DNA of 64,000 bases from an uncultured Planctomycetota bacterium (GTDB lineage: Bacteria > Planctomycetota > Phycisphaerae > Tepidisphaerales > Tepidisphaeraceae). Position numbers and translations under genes: made by a program. Positions 10,643 to 21,036 of this stretch are shown here, piece after piece. The first letter of the stretch is position 1. Every line of letters starts with the position of its first letter. The DNA lies in the NCBI GenBank assembly GCA_963841915.1, contig CAWJEN010000004.1, positions 1 to 64,000 of the forward strand. Direction: 5' to 3'. A model generated the notes under the pieces. It was not told the DNA's origin, did no database searches, and worked only from the letters and a program-made list of their open reading frames with translations.

Positions 10643-10969
10643 CCGGCTTTCTTCATCACCTGTTCGTTCCTGGCGATCCTGCTGCTTTCGGGTTGTCGCC
10701 CGACCGCGTCGTCGAGGCCGCTGCAGGATGCCGACCCGGTATTTGTCGTCCCTGCCGTAACCGAGTTGGCCGACCAGTCACTGACGACCGCGAAGGCGGA
10801 GGAGCTGTTCGACCTGCTCGATCACAGTGACGCCGCCGTGCGGCTGGCGGCCCATCAGACGCTCAAGCAACGGAGCAACGGCCGTGACTTTGGGTACCGC
10901 TTCTGGGCCGACGAGGCCGAGCGGGACGAGCGGATGCTCGAGTGGCGGGCTTGGTTCGTGTCGCAGTAG
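10637..10969 (+). CDS. Hypothetical lipoprotein with HEAT-like segment
   Basis: Lipobox LLSGC, 'LLDHSDAAVRLAAHQTL' HEAT-like motif. Confidence 0.6.
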   Translation: MHPAFFITCSFLAILLLSGCRPTASSRPLQDADPVFVVPAVTELADQSLTTAKAEELFDLLDHSDAAVRLAAHQTLKQRSNGRDFGYRFWADEAERDERMLEWRAWFVSQ

Positions 10970-10977
10970 CTTCGGCT

Positions 10978-11589
10978 TTACTCCGAGCGTTTGACGCCGA
11001 AGGTGTCGAGAGTCTCGACGATCTGCGGCATCGGCAGGCCGACGACGTTGCTCAGCTCGCCTTCAATCTCCTCGATGAAGGGATCGCCCTCGCCGCCGGG
11101 CATGTCTTGGATGCCGTACGCGCCGGCCTTGCCTTGCCACAGGCCGCTGTCGAGGAAGGCTTTGAGGTCGGCGTCGCTGATCGGCCGCATGAGAATGTCA
11201 CTGCGGACCTGGCCCTCGGTTGTGCGCCCGTCGTCGAGGCGGACGAGTCGGTAACCGGTGACGACGCCGTGCCGACTTCCCGACAAGCTCTTGAGGATGC
11301 AGCGGGCGTGGTCGCGGTCGATCGCTTTGCCGATGACTTCACCGGCCGGCCCTCGGACGATCGTGTCGGCGGCGAGGACGACCGTGGCTGTCCCTTCGAA
11401 GCGGGCGGCGACGGCGTCGGCCTTGGCTCGGGCGAGGTGGACGGGCAGATCGCGCGGCTCGATGCCGACGCTCAACGCCTCTTCGTCCACGTCGGCGGGC
11501 ACGACGTCGAAGTCATAGCCGGCTTCGCTGAGCAGTTCGCTGCGACGGGGCGAGGCACTGGCAAGCACAAGACGCGGGGCAGCGGGCAT
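10978..11589 (-). CDS. maf: Maf family nucleoside triphosphate pyrophosphatase
   Basis: LVLASASPRR, ADT, GK, LSG..H, GKAGAYGIQ, NVVGLP. Confidence 0.95.
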   Translation of the reverse strand: MPAAPRLVLASASPRRSELLSEAGYDFDVVPADVDEEALSVGIEPRDLPVHLARAKADAVAARFEGTATVVLAADTIVRGPAGEVIGKAIDRDHARCILKSLSGSRHGVVTGYRLVRLDDGRTTEGQVRSDILMRPISDADLKAFLDSGLWQGKAGAYGIQDMPGGEGDPFIEEIEGELSNVVGLPMPQIVETLDTFGVKRSE

Positions 11590-11635
11590 TGTTGAGGGTA
11601 GAGTCGTGCAACCGCCCGCTCACGCCAGCCACGCC

Positions 11636-13441
11636 ATGACCACCACCACACCTGCCGCCATCACGAGTGACAACCCCTGCGACAACAAGTACGTCCGTGT
11701 TTGGGTCGACAAGGTGCTGGCTCATGTTCAGGCAGACAACGTGGTCTGGTGCGACGGCAGCGATGAACAGCAAAAGCAATTCTTTGCCCGTGGCATCGAG
11801 GAGGGCGTCTTTATCGAGCTCAATCAGGACAAGCTGCCCGGCTGCTACCTGCACCGAAGCGACCCGACGGATGTTGCACGGACCGAAAAGAGCACGTTCA
11901 TCTGCACGCCCGATGAGGACACGGCCGGGCCGACGAACAACTGGATGAAGGACCGCGACGCGTACGACATGCTGCGGCCGAAATTCGAGGGCAGCATGAA
12001 GGGGCGGACGTGCTACGTCATTCCGTTCGTCATGGGCCCGATTGGCAGCCCGCTGGCGAAGGTCGGTGTGCAGTTGACCGACAGCGTCTACGTCGCGGCC
12101 AACATGAAGCTCATGACACGCATGGGCACCGTCGCCTGGAAAGAATTAGGCGACGGTCGCGACTTCACCAAGTGCGTTCACTCCATCGGCACGCTCGACC
12201 CGGCGGACCGGTACATCTGCCACTTCCCTTACGACAACACGATTTGGTCGTACGGCAGCGGATACGGCGGCAACGCGCTGCTCGGGAAGAAGTGTCTGGC
12301 CCTTCGCATCGCCAGCTTCCTCGGTAAGCAGCAGGGTTGGATGGCGGAGCACATGCTGCTTCTGGGCGCAGAAGGCCCGGACGGACAGGGTGGCAAAGAG
12401 AAGACGTACGTGGCCGCCGCATTTCCGAGTGCGTGCGGCAAGACAAACTTTGCCATGCTCGTCCCGCCCAAGAAGTATCGGGACAAGGGCTGGAAGATCA
12501 CCACCGTCGGCGACGATATCGCCTGGATGTGGGTCGACGAAAAGAGCGGCAAGCTGCGGGCGATCAACCCCGAGGCCGGCTACTTCGGCGTCGTGCCGGG
12601 CACGAACGAAGCAACAAACCCGAACGCGCTGGCGATGATTCAAAAGGACACGATCTTCACGAACGTGGCCTTGCTGCCGGACGGAGATGTGTGGTGGGAA
12701 GGCAAGACTGAAGAGCCGCCAGAGCATTGCATCGACTGGCTAGGCAACGCCTGGACGCCCAACAGCGAGACGGCCGCGGCCCACCCGAACTCGAGGTTCA
12801 CGGTGCCGATGGCCAACAACCCGGTGCTCGACGCCGCCGCCGACGATCCGGCGGGTGTGGAGGTCAGCGCGATCATGTTTGGTGGTCGACGCAGCAACCT
12901 CATCCCGCTCGTCTATCAAGCCTTCAACTGGGTGCACGGCGTCTACATCGGTGCAACGCTCGGCAGCGAAGGGACCGCCGCCCAGGAAGCGGCACTGGGA
13001 CGCGTGCGACGCGACCCGATGGCGATGTTGCCGTTCATCGGCTACAACATCCGCGATTACCTTGTTCACTGGTTCCGCATGCGGAAAAAGATGAGCGACT
13101 GCCCGCGCATCTTCGCCGTCAACTGGTTCCGCCGCGACGCACAAGGCCGCTTCATGTGGCCCGGCTTCGGCGAGAACATGCGGGTGCTGAAGTGGATCAT
13201 CGACCGCTGTCACGGCAGGGCCTATGCCTACGAAGCACCGCTCGGTTGGATGCCAAGCCCCGAGGACATCGACCTCGACGGGCTGGACGTGGATGTCAAC
13301 GACTTCCGCGCCCTTGAACGCGTCGACGCCAAGGACTTCAAGCAGGAGATTCTCGGCCAGGAAGAGCTGCTGCTCCGCCTTGCCGGCGACTTGCCCAAGG
13401 AGATGGTCTTCCAGCGTGAATTGCTGATCAGCCGAATGTAG
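11636..13441 (+). CDS. pckG: Phosphoenolpyruvate carboxykinase (GTP)
   Basis: SYGSGYGGNALLGKKC, FPSACGKTNFAM, VGDDIAW, AINPEAGYFGV, HPNSRF. Confidence 0.97.
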   Translation: MTTTTPAAITSDNPCDNKYVRVWVDKVLAHVQADNVVWCDGSDEQQKQFFARGIEEGVFIELNQDKLPGCYLHRSDPTDVARTEKSTFICTPDEDTAGPTNNWMKDRDAYDMLRPKFEGSMKGRTCYVIPFVMGPIGSPLAKVGVQLTDSVYVAANMKLMTRMGTVAWKELGDGRDFTKCVHSIGTLDPADRYICHFPYDNTIWSYGSGYGGNALLGKKCLALRIASFLGKQQGWMAEHMLLLGAEGPDGQGGKEKTYVAAAFPSACGKTNFAMLVPPKKYRDKGWKITTVGDDIAWMWVDEKSGKLRAINPEAGYFGVVPGTNEATNPNALAMIQKDTIFTNVALLPDGDVWWEGKTEEPPEHCIDWLGNAWTPNSETAAAHPNSRFTVPMANNPVLDAAADDPAGVEVSAIMFGGRRSNLIPLVYQAFNWVHGVYIGATLGSEGTAAQEAALGRVRRDPMAMLPFIGYNIRDYLVHWFRMRKKMSDCPRIFAVNWFRRDAQGRFMWPGFGENMRVLKWIIDRCHGRAYAYEAPLGWMPSPEDIDLDGLDVDVNDFRALERVDAKDFKQEILGQEELLLRLAGDLPKEMVFQRELLISRM

Positions 13442-13447
13442 ATTAAG

Positions 13448-13669
13448 TCAGTGCAGGCTATAGGTGCCGTCTTTGCGAAGCTGCTCATCGGTGATGAGCC
13501 CGAGATAGCCGACGGACCGCTCTGTGCCGCACAGGCCGCAGGTCGGCATCGTCACGCCGCCGTCACCGAAAACATCGTCGTCCTGTTCCTTGCGGAACGG
13601 GATGGGCGTCTCGTCGCGCGGCTGTCGGTCGCGTGCCTCCTGCTTGTGGTGATCTTTCCGCTTCTCCAT
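13448..13669 (-). CDS. Possible small hypothetical protein (CxxC)
   Basis: ATG-started 73-aa frame filling an otherwise empty gap; no recognisable family. Confidence 0.3.
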   Translation of the reverse strand: MEKRKDHHKQEARDRQPRDETPIPFRKEQDDDVFGDGGVTMPTCGLCGTERSVGYLGLITDEQLRKDGTYSLH

Positions 13670-13715
13670 GGCACAACATGCCACGCAAAGAGCTGTTCGA
13701 CACAGTCGCGGCACA

Positions 13716-14906
13716 TTATGAACCGATCGCGTCGAGCATCGGCGGCAGCACGCGATCGGCGGCAAGGTGTTCGCGGGCAAAGTCATACGCCGCATTACGG
13801 TGGCGGCCGTAGTCGCTAAGCACGTCGTCCAACTTGGCGGCGGCTTCGTCTTCGGTGTCGAATGCGAGGCAGCCTGCATCGCTCGGGAGCGTCTTGCTCC
13901 AGCCCGTGTCCTGCACCACCGCCGGCCGACCGGCGGCGAGATAGCAGGCCGTTCGGCACGAGAACCAGCCCGTCTTCATCGCCGCGTACACATGCTTGGC
14001 CACGCTCCATTCGCCGGTGCTGCAGGTGATGTAGTCGCGATAGCCGTCGGGTGTCACGCTGATCGGCAGGCCACGCACGTACCGCCAGCCGCCGTCTTTG
14101 AAGGTCTCGTCATCGTACCGGTCACTTCCGACCGCCAGTTCGATAGCCGCCTTTGTCTTTGACGGCAGGTTCCTTACCTTGTCGAATTCCGTCGTCTTCT
14201 GATAGTACTCCACACCGTCCCACACGACCGGGCCCTTGAAGTAGTTCCAAGTCATGACGGTCGTGAACGGTGCCTTGGGCGGCGGATCTATCGACCGGGC
14301 CGTCTCCCACGCCGGCAGCGACACGACAGGCCGAGTGGTGATCCAGTCGATGTCGCAGGTCGGCACCAGACAATCGGGCTGCCCGATATTCTCGGCATAC
14401 GTCAGATGTACATCGTGGCCGTTGCGGACCTGATCTTCCCAACGGTCGACGTTCTCGCTCCACGTCGGCTTCGTCGCCAGGACGATCTGGTTGTAGCCTG
14501 GATCGCTGTCGAGGAAGACCCGCTTGGCCTTCGGGTTCAGGTCGTCGGGTAAGAAGCACGCGCCGCTGACGTTGAGATACACGTCGGCCGTCTTAGCGAC
14601 CTTGCTGAAGGCCTCGCGGCTCATGCCGTGGTGCTTGTCGTGCAGTAGGACGTAGCACCACTTATCGGCCAATTGCGGCGCGTGGCGGGCGAAGAACGTT
14701 TTGAAGAAGTCGAGTGTGTATGAAGGATCGTCGACCGGGTAGTTACTCACCGGGTGCAACGGCCACGTCCACGTGTCTTCATGGTAGTACACGTCGTGGC
14801 CCAGCTCGCTGAGGGCGAGCAGATAGTGGAAGTAGTCCCACGCCACGCCGCCGAGCGGGTACTGACCGACGAGTCCGCCGACGATGATGCGTAGTTTTTC
14901 AGGCAC
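13716..14906 (-). CDS. Putative GT-B glycosyltransferase
   Basis: YPLGGVAW..F.YLL.L.ELGHDV, GWFSCRTACYLAAGRPAVVQDTG GT-B C-terminal motif; GTG start inferred. Confidence 0.7.
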   Translation of the reverse strand: MPEKLRIIVGGLVGQYPLGGVAWDYFHYLLALSELGHDVYYHEDTWTWPLHPVSNYPVDDPSYTLDFFKTFFARHAPQLADKWCYVLLHDKHHGMSREAFSKVAKTADVYLNVSGACFLPDDLNPKAKRVFLDSDPGYNQIVLATKPTWSENVDRWEDQVRNGHDVHLTYAENIGQPDCLVPTCDIDWITTRPVVSLPAWETARSIDPPPKAPFTTVMTWNYFKGPVVWDGVEYYQKTTEFDKVRNLPSKTKAAIELAVGSDRYDDETFKDGGWRYVRGLPISVTPDGYRDYITCSTGEWSVAKHVYAAMKTGWFSCRTACYLAAGRPAVVQDTGWSKTLPSDAGCLAFDTEDEAAAKLDDVLSDYGRHRNAAYDFAREHLAADRVLPPMLDAIGS

Positions 14907-14938
14907 GTGAGTCGAGCTTACGCTCGCCTCAACGGAAA

Positions 14939-14964
14939 CCGCCCGCGTCAAGAGACGCGGGCGG
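14939..14964 (-). terminator. Intrinsic terminator-like hairpin after tRNA-Ala
   Basis: Perfect 11-bp stem CCGCCCGCGTC-4nt-GACGCGGGCGG followed by TTT on the minus strand. Confidence 0.7.
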
Positions 14965-14973
14965 AAAATCTGA

Positions 14974-15044
14974 TGGAGCTACCGGGATTCGAACCCGGAA
15001 TACCACCATGCCATGGTGGCGTGATCCCATTTCACTATAGCCCC
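14974..15044 (-). tRNA. tRNA-Ala(GGC)
   Basis: GGGGCTA/TAGCTCC acceptor with G3:U70, anticodon arm CCACC-ATGGCAT-GGTGG, GGTTCGAATCCC T-arm; CCA not encoded. Confidence 0.95.
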
Positions 15045-15107
15045 GGCGGGTTATCTGCTGTCCTGGGTCGACAGCGGGACGGCAGTTTAGAACGTGCCGG
15101 ACCAACG

Positions 15108-17009
15108 TCAAGCTGGCGACAAAGCGGACGCCTGTCGCGTCGCCTTTGATGCTGATTTCTTACCAGCACCACGCGACGAAAGCGTCGCGGCGAGGAACGT
15201 CAGGTCATCGTCAAACACGACCCCACTGGCGAACCCGCGGACGACGCTCAGCCCTGCATCGATGGCCGCCCGAGCGTCGGTCGGGCAACCCGCAAGCTCG
15301 TCGCTAAGACCATCTGCTAGCTGCTCTACATCGAATCGCTCGCCCGCCGGATTGGCCGCTTCAACGGCACCGTCTGTGTAAAACAGCAATCCTTGCGTGT
15401 CCTCGAGCGGCATCGTCGTCGTCGCATACGTGACATCTTCCATCACACCCGCCACCAGATCCGCGTCGACGGGCGTGTCATGCCACCTGCCGTCTGCCCC
15501 ACAACGCAGCGGCCCGGAGTGACCGGCCGAGGCGAACTGCATCTCACTGCTCGTCAGGTCGATCACCGCAATGATGATCGTCACAAACTGCCCGCCGTGG
15601 GCCTGGCGGGACAGCTGCGCGTTGACCTCTGTCAGCGCCCGGCCGGGATCGACGAGTCGCTTCAGCGCATTTTCGATGAGCAGCTGCGTCGTGCTCATGA
15701 GGAATGCAGCCGCAGTGCCGTGACCTGTCACGTCACCCACGACGAGGGCGATCTTGCCGCAGTGCTCGTCATGATCGGTCAGTTCGAAGTAGTTGTAGAA
15801 GTCACCGCTGATGTGACTGGCCGGCAGGTTCTCGGCAGCAACGTCGACCATGCCGCTACCGATGCACCCGCCGCGACCGGGTAGCCATCGGAGCTGAATT
15901 TGCCGTGCCTGGTTGAGCTCGTTCTCGACGACTTCCGCCCGCAGCCGTTCGAGTTTGCTACGGCCACGGATGAGCTGGGCACTGCTGCTGAGCAGGATGG
16001 CCGAGACGGCTACGACCAGAATCGCCGCCCACTGGATCGACGTGCGGCTGACTGCATCGAGCATACCGACGACGGATTGTGCGTTGAGCACCGCCGCAAC
16101 GCCTGCCGTAGCCCGGCGAGAGTCGGCAGGCAACGCTTCGTCGTCCGCAATGTCGACCACTGTCAGCGTGTCTCCTGGCGGACGGATGAGGCCGATCGCG
16201 GGCAGCAGGCCGTCGAACTCTTCACCGGCGACTGTCGCCGCCTCCTCGATCAACGGCGGGGCGACAGAGCGACCTTGCAGTCGATCAGCGAAGAAGATGG
16301 CCAGCTCCGCGGGCCAATCGGTCTGCTCATCCGGCATCAGCGGCCGACCATCGGCATCGACAAGGGCAAGGCCTAGCCGTCCCGGCTCACGCGTCAGGGC
16401 CAGGAACGAACGGTCCAGATAATCGACCGGCACGGCGGCAATGAGCACGTCGCTCGAGTCCATCCCGCAAAGCGCTGCCATGGCCACCGGACGGTCGGCC
16501 AAGTCGTCAAGCAACATCGGCCCCGACAGCACGCGTCGGCCCGGTGTCCCTGACGCTTCGACCGCTGCATCGGCAATTGGCCCCGTCACGACATCGCCCG
16601 GCTTCACAAGCAGGGCGGCACGCAGTTCAGGAGACTGCTCCAGGTCGCCGCTCGCGTTGGCAAAGTGCTGCTCGACGGTGACGATCTCGCCCTCAACGTC
16701 GAGGACGAGCAAGTCACTGGCGGCAGATTGAAGTAGTTCCCAGACGGCTGGAGTGACATTGGTCTGCTGCCCCGGCTCGGCTGCGGCGATGGCGAGACTG
16801 TCGTAGACCCGCAACATGTGACGGCGAATGCCCTCTGCCGCCTGCTGGGCGGGCCGCCGGGCTTGATCGATGGCGTTCTCTGCCGCCTGCTGGCGGGTCG
16901 AGCCGTAAAGCGTCGTCCCGGCGTAGGCCACGACGGCCAGCACCACCACCAAAGCCGCGATGTGGACGGCCAGGATCTTGATGATGTAGTGACGGATCAC
17001 ACGGTCCAT
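15108..17009 (-). CDS. Membrane-bound SpoIIE/PP2C-family phosphatase with extracytoplasmic sensor region
   Basis: Two TM helices, AR.IQ..LP, SGDFY, GDVTGHG, SAGH, YTDG..EA, DDLT. Confidence 0.88.
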   Translation of the reverse strand: MDRVIRHYIIKILAVHIAALVVVLAVVAYAGTTLYGSTRQQAAENAIDQARRPAQQAAEGIRRHMLRVYDSLAIAAAEPGQQTNVTPAVWELLQSAASDLLVLDVEGEIVTVEQHFANASGDLEQSPELRAALLVKPGDVVTGPIADAAVEASGTPGRRVLSGPMLLDDLADRPVAMAALCGMDSSDVLIAAVPVDYLDRSFLALTREPGRLGLALVDADGRPLMPDEQTDWPAELAIFFADRLQGRSVAPPLIEEAATVAGEEFDGLLPAIGLIRPPGDTLTVVDIADDEALPADSRRATAGVAAVLNAQSVVGMLDAVSRTSIQWAAILVVAVSAILLSSSAQLIRGRSKLERLRAEVVENELNQARQIQLRWLPGRGGCIGSGMVDVAAENLPASHISGDFYNYFELTDHDEHCGKIALVVGDVTGHGTAAAFLMSTTQLLIENALKRLVDPGRALTEVNAQLSRQAHGGQFVTIIIAVIDLTSSEMQFASAGHSGPLRCGADGRWHDTPVDADLVAGVMEDVTYATTTMPLEDTQGLLFYTDGAVEAANPAGERFDVEQLADGLSDELAGCPTDARAAIDAGLSVVRGFASGVVFDDDLTFLAATLSSRGAGKKSASKATRQASALSPA

Positions 17010-17090
17010 GGCGTTTGCAGGGCAAGTCGAAGATCGGGCGATGAAGCGTATCGCAATGCGTGCCACAACGCGCGTCAGCACGGTTGGCCA

Positions 17091-17282
17091 CTACTCCGCC
17101 GGCAAGCTCGGCGATGCGGCCGGGGCACCAACCGCATCCGGCGCCCGCTCATCGACCTCGCTCGTCATCTGCCACAGTCCAAGCACCACGAGCACCACCA
17201 CAATCGCCAGCACGATTGGCCACAAGAGCGAGCCAGGCCGCTTCGACGCAGGGACACCAAGAGACGAAGACGCATCGGACAC
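17091..17282 (-). CDS. Small hypothetical membrane protein
   Basis: Single hydrophobic helix, ATG start. Confidence 0.45.
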   Translation of the reverse strand: MSDASSSLGVPASKRPGSLLWPIVLAIVVVLVVLGLWQMTSEVDERAPDAVGAPAASPSLPAE

Positions 17283-17373
17283 GCCCGCAACCTACGCCCA
17301 CGACCGTGCTGTCGTAACGGCCGAACCAACGTCAACTTGAGTAGCTTTCAAGCGGGCAAAATGATGCCCGAAG

Positions 17374-17462
17374 CGGAGAGGAGAGGATTCGAACCTCCGG
17401 TACGGGTTTCCCCGTACGACGCTTTAGCAAAGCGTTGCCTTAAGCCACTCGGCCACCTCTCC
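17374..17462 (-). tRNA. tRNA-Ser(GCT)
   Basis: GGAGAGG acceptor, GCCGAGTGGCTTAAGGC D-arm, ACGCT-TTGCTAA-AGCGT anticodon arm, long variable arm, GGTTCGAATCC. Confidence 0.95.
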
Positions 17463-17630
17463 GGGGTGGGGCTGGCAGTCTAGTCAAGGCATCGGCCGTG
17501 GGGCAAGTTCGGCGGCAGGGAGATTTGAGCCCGCTGCTTCGTCTCGTCGTGCCGACATTCGGGTGCGATAACGTTGGGCAAAGCCACTCGATGATGGGCC
17601 AATGGCCTCGGCGACCGATTCAGGAGAACC

Positions 17631-19892
17631 ATGCCCCGCGACATTCCAGTTGGTAACGGCCGAATGCTCGTCACCTTTGACGAGCAGTATCAACTTCGAG
17701 ACCTCTTCTACCCGCACGTCGGGCAGGAGAACCACGCAGGTGCAGGGCCGTGCCACTTCGGCGTCTGGGCAGAGATTCCCGGTCCAAAAAGTCGCGGCGA
17801 ACCGGCGGGCAAGCTCGCCTGGACCACGGACCCGGGCTTCAAGAAGCAGCTCAGATACCTTGAAGACGCCTTGACGACCGACGTCAACCTGTGGCACGAA
17901 GAGCTTGGACTGAGCCTGCACTGCAACGACGCCGTCGACTTCAACCGCAACGTCTACGTCCGACGCATCCGCGTTCACAACAAGCTCGATTCGGCCCGCC
18001 TGGTCAAGGTTTTTCACCACAACGACCTGCTCATGTTCGGCACGCGGGTCGGTGATACCGCTTACTACGACCCCGAGCTCAAGAGCCTCGTCCACTACCG
18101 GGCCAAGCGGTATTTCAGCTGCACCTTCTTCGAGCGGCACGGCAACGGTGGCGAGCACCCATTCGATCAACGCGTCGACGAATTCGCCACCGGCACCAGC
18201 GGCTTCGGCGGAGCCGAGGGCACCTATCGCGACGCTGAGGACGGCAGCCTGGGCATGAACCCGATTTCGCAGGGAGCCGTCGACTCGACGATGAGCATCA
18301 ACGTCCACCTGCAGCCGGGTGAGACACGCACGCTGTACATGGCCATCATCGCCGGTCACAGCCGCGACGAGGTCGCAGAATTACAAGGTTGGCTCACCCG
18401 CCAAACACCCGAGCGCGTGGTCGAGCGGACCACCGGCTACTGGCGTCTGTGGAGCCAGGGCGCGGGCGTGCAGTTCGGTGACTTGCCGGACGACGTTGTG
18501 AAGCTGTTCAAGCGGTCGATGTTGACCGTGCGCACGCAGATCGACGCCGACGGTGCGATTCTCGCTGCCAACGACAGCGACATCATGCAGTTTTCGCGTG
18601 ACACGTACAGCTACATGTGGCCGCGGGATGGTGCGCTCGTCGCCGACGCACTCGATCTGTGCGGCTACCAGGACCTGGCCCGCAACTTCTACAGCTTCTG
18701 CCAGCGGGTCATACAGCCAGAGGGCTACTTCCTGCACAAGTACAACCCAGACGGCTCGCCCGCTTCGAGCTGGCACCCTTGGATCAAGGACGGCCGCCCG
18801 AGCTTGCCCATCCAGGAAGACGAGACGGCCCTTGTCGTCTGGTCGCTTTGGCGTCACTACTGGCGGTACCGCGACACCGAGTATGTTCGGCCGTTGTGGG
18901 TCGACGTGGTCATTCCTGCGGCCGACTTCATGTGCACGTACCGAGACAAGGAGACGGGCCTGCCGCTACCGAGTTACGACCTGTGGGAAGAGCGATGGGG
19001 CATCCACGCGTTTACGGTTGCCACGGTTTACGGCGGCCTGATTGCGGCTCGCAACTTTGCCGTCAGCTTCGGCGACACCGAGCGAGCCGACAAGTACGCC
19101 TCTGCCGCGGCAGAGATCCGCGAAGCGGCGGCGAAGTACCTGTGGAGCGACAAGCTCGGTCGCTTTGCCCGCCGTCTCGTGCCGCTCAACCAGCAGGCAC
19201 CGCCGCAGGAACCGGGTTACGAAGATCCCGAAGCCAGCGAGCTGCACAAGAAGGAAGGCTGCGAGGACCTCTTCGAGGTCGACGACACGCTCGATGCGAG
19301 CTTGTTTGCGATCTACAAGTTCCACCTCTTCGAAGGCGACGACCCGCGCGTCGTCAAAACGATGAAGGCCATCGAGAACGAGCTGTGGGTCAAGACCGAC
19401 GTCGGCGGCGTGGCCCGGTACACCAACGACTACTACCACCGCATCAGCGACGACATCACGAATGTCCCGGGAAATCCGTGGTTCATCTGCACGCTGTGGC
19501 TGGCCGACTACCAGATCCACGTCGCCAACACCAAGGGTGAGCTGAGCAAGGCCGTACCGATCTTCAAGTGGGTCGCCGACCACGCCCTCGAGAGCGGCGT
19601 CCTTGCCGAGCAGGTCAATCCGTACACGAACGAGCCGATCAGCGTCAGCCCGCTGACATGGAGCCACGCAACGGTCTGCAGCACGGTCGTGAAGTACCTC
19701 GAGAAGATGGAACAGCTCGACGCCACGAATGCGGGCCCCGAGACGTTCCGAATGCGCGTGCCAGGCCGCTTCCAGAGCTCGCACTCGTCCGATGTGCCGG
19801 ACGCCCCGGGCGAGGTCTACAGCGACGACCAGTCGATCCCCGAGCCGCCTGCCACGAAGGCCGACAAGGAAGCGCAGCACCGGGCCGCCTGA
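17631..19892 (+). CDS. Glycoside hydrolase family 15 (glucoamylase/glucodextranase-like)
   Basis: YSYMWPRDG, QEDET, DLWEE, GGVARY..D.Y, LAEQV, SPLTWSHA. Confidence 0.92.
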   Translation: MPRDIPVGNGRMLVTFDEQYQLRDLFYPHVGQENHAGAGPCHFGVWAEIPGPKSRGEPAGKLAWTTDPGFKKQLRYLEDALTTDVNLWHEELGLSLHCNDAVDFNRNVYVRRIRVHNKLDSARLVKVFHHNDLLMFGTRVGDTAYYDPELKSLVHYRAKRYFSCTFFERHGNGGEHPFDQRVDEFATGTSGFGGAEGTYRDAEDGSLGMNPISQGAVDSTMSINVHLQPGETRTLYMAIIAGHSRDEVAELQGWLTRQTPERVVERTTGYWRLWSQGAGVQFGDLPDDVVKLFKRSMLTVRTQIDADGAILAANDSDIMQFSRDTYSYMWPRDGALVADALDLCGYQDLARNFYSFCQRVIQPEGYFLHKYNPDGSPASSWHPWIKDGRPSLPIQEDETALVVWSLWRHYWRYRDTEYVRPLWVDVVIPAADFMCTYRDKETGLPLPSYDLWEERWGIHAFTVATVYGGLIAARNFAVSFGDTERADKYASAAAEIREAAAKYLWSDKLGRFARRLVPLNQQAPPQEPGYEDPEASELHKKEGCEDLFEVDDTLDASLFAIYKFHLFEGDDPRVVKTMKAIENELWVKTDVGGVARYTNDYYHRISDDITNVPGNPWFICTLWLADYQIHVANTKGELSKAVPIFKWVADHALESGVLAEQVNPYTNEPISVSPLTWSHATVCSTVVKYLEKMEQLDATNAGPETFRMRVPGRFQSSHSSDVPDAPGEVYSDDQSIPEPPATKADKEAQHRAA

Positions 19893-19963
19893 GCTTGGCA
19901 AAGCGATTTCTTGTCGCGCCGCGGCGGCCAAGTGGTCGCTGCGGCGGCATCGATATGCCGTGC

Positions 19964-20977
19964 CTAGCAATCTGTTCCCTCGACGACGCCTTTACCAGAT
20001 CGCCTGCCGCGGACGGCTCGCAGGCGAAGGACCAACGGCATCCCGACCAACCACGCAACAATTGGAACACCGAGCAGCGCAATCTGGTGCAAACGCGATG
20101 GGCCGATGACGACCTTGCTTGTCTCGGCTGTTAGAAGAAGTCGTTCACGCATCAACAGCCCGTCCGGCGCGATGTCCTGCAACACCTCTGGAACCTCCAG
20201 CGACGCAAGTTCCGAGAATCGGCGGATTGTCTCAGACGAGGGATGCTCTGGCATCGTCGAGAACCGAGCCTGCGCCGCTACTTTCACGTCCGCAGCCGAG
20301 AGGATCATCACCGGCTGCCCGGCCGCGGGTGGATCGACCGATTCGGGGGCAAACGCATCAGCGAACCGTTCCACCGCCTCGAACGGCGGCGGCCCGGATC
20401 CCGAGGTAGAACCTGACCTGAGCTGGAGTTCCCACCGATCAGTCAAGACCTTGTAGCGGAGCGATGGCTCGGACGCACCGCCCGGCCTGGCCTCGACGAC
20501 ATGCTCCAAGACCTTCGTGCTCGGGTTGGTACATCTTGGATTGCCGCAAAAGTGATCGCCCTTGTCGATGACGATCCGCTCGCTCATCGTCAACTGCGTC
20601 GGCGTGCCGTAGGCGTACTGGGTTGTTGAGCGATGGAGTTGCGGCACGTACGACGTGTCGTTTAACAGCAACGGCACGGCAGCAATCAAACCCGCACCTG
20701 CTGTGTAGACGACCGCTCGCAACACCGCAGGCACGCGTTGCCACCTCTGGTACCGGGCCGTGGTCACGCCGACTTCGCTCAGCCGACTGCCGCACTCGGG
20801 GCAGATGTCGCTCGGTAGCCCGCGTACGTCATAGCCGCACGTTGCACACCTCGGGTCGTCCGACACGCTTAGATCGACCGGGTTGATCCTTCGCCTGCGA
20901 CTACCAAGCCAGGCAAGCAAAACGAGCAGCATGCCGCTTCCCGCGTACGAGAGCCAGAATCGGGTCGCCTCATCCAT
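19964..20977 (-). CDS. Hypothetical membrane protein with Zn ribbon
   Basis: CATCGYDVRGL....CPECG motif, three TM segments. Confidence 0.65.
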   Translation of the reverse strand: MDEATRFWLSYAGSGMLLVLLAWLGSRRRRINPVDLSVSDDPRCATCGYDVRGLPSDICPECGSRLSEVGVTTARYQRWQRVPAVLRAVVYTAGAGLIAAVPLLLNDTSYVPQLHRSTTQYAYGTPTQLTMSERIVIDKGDHFCGNPRCTNPSTKVLEHVVEARPGGASEPSLRYKVLTDRWELQLRSGSTSGSGPPPFEAVERFADAFAPESVDPPAAGQPVMILSAADVKVAAQARFSTMPEHPSSETIRRFSELASLEVPEVLQDIAPDGLLMRERLLLTAETSKVVIGPSRLHQIALLGVPIVAWLVGMPLVLRLRAVRGRRSGKGVVEGTDC

Positions 20978-21036
20978 CGCTTCAGATCCTACCGAATCGC
21001 GACACGGCCGCGTCGTCGCGATAGGGTGCGGCCTCA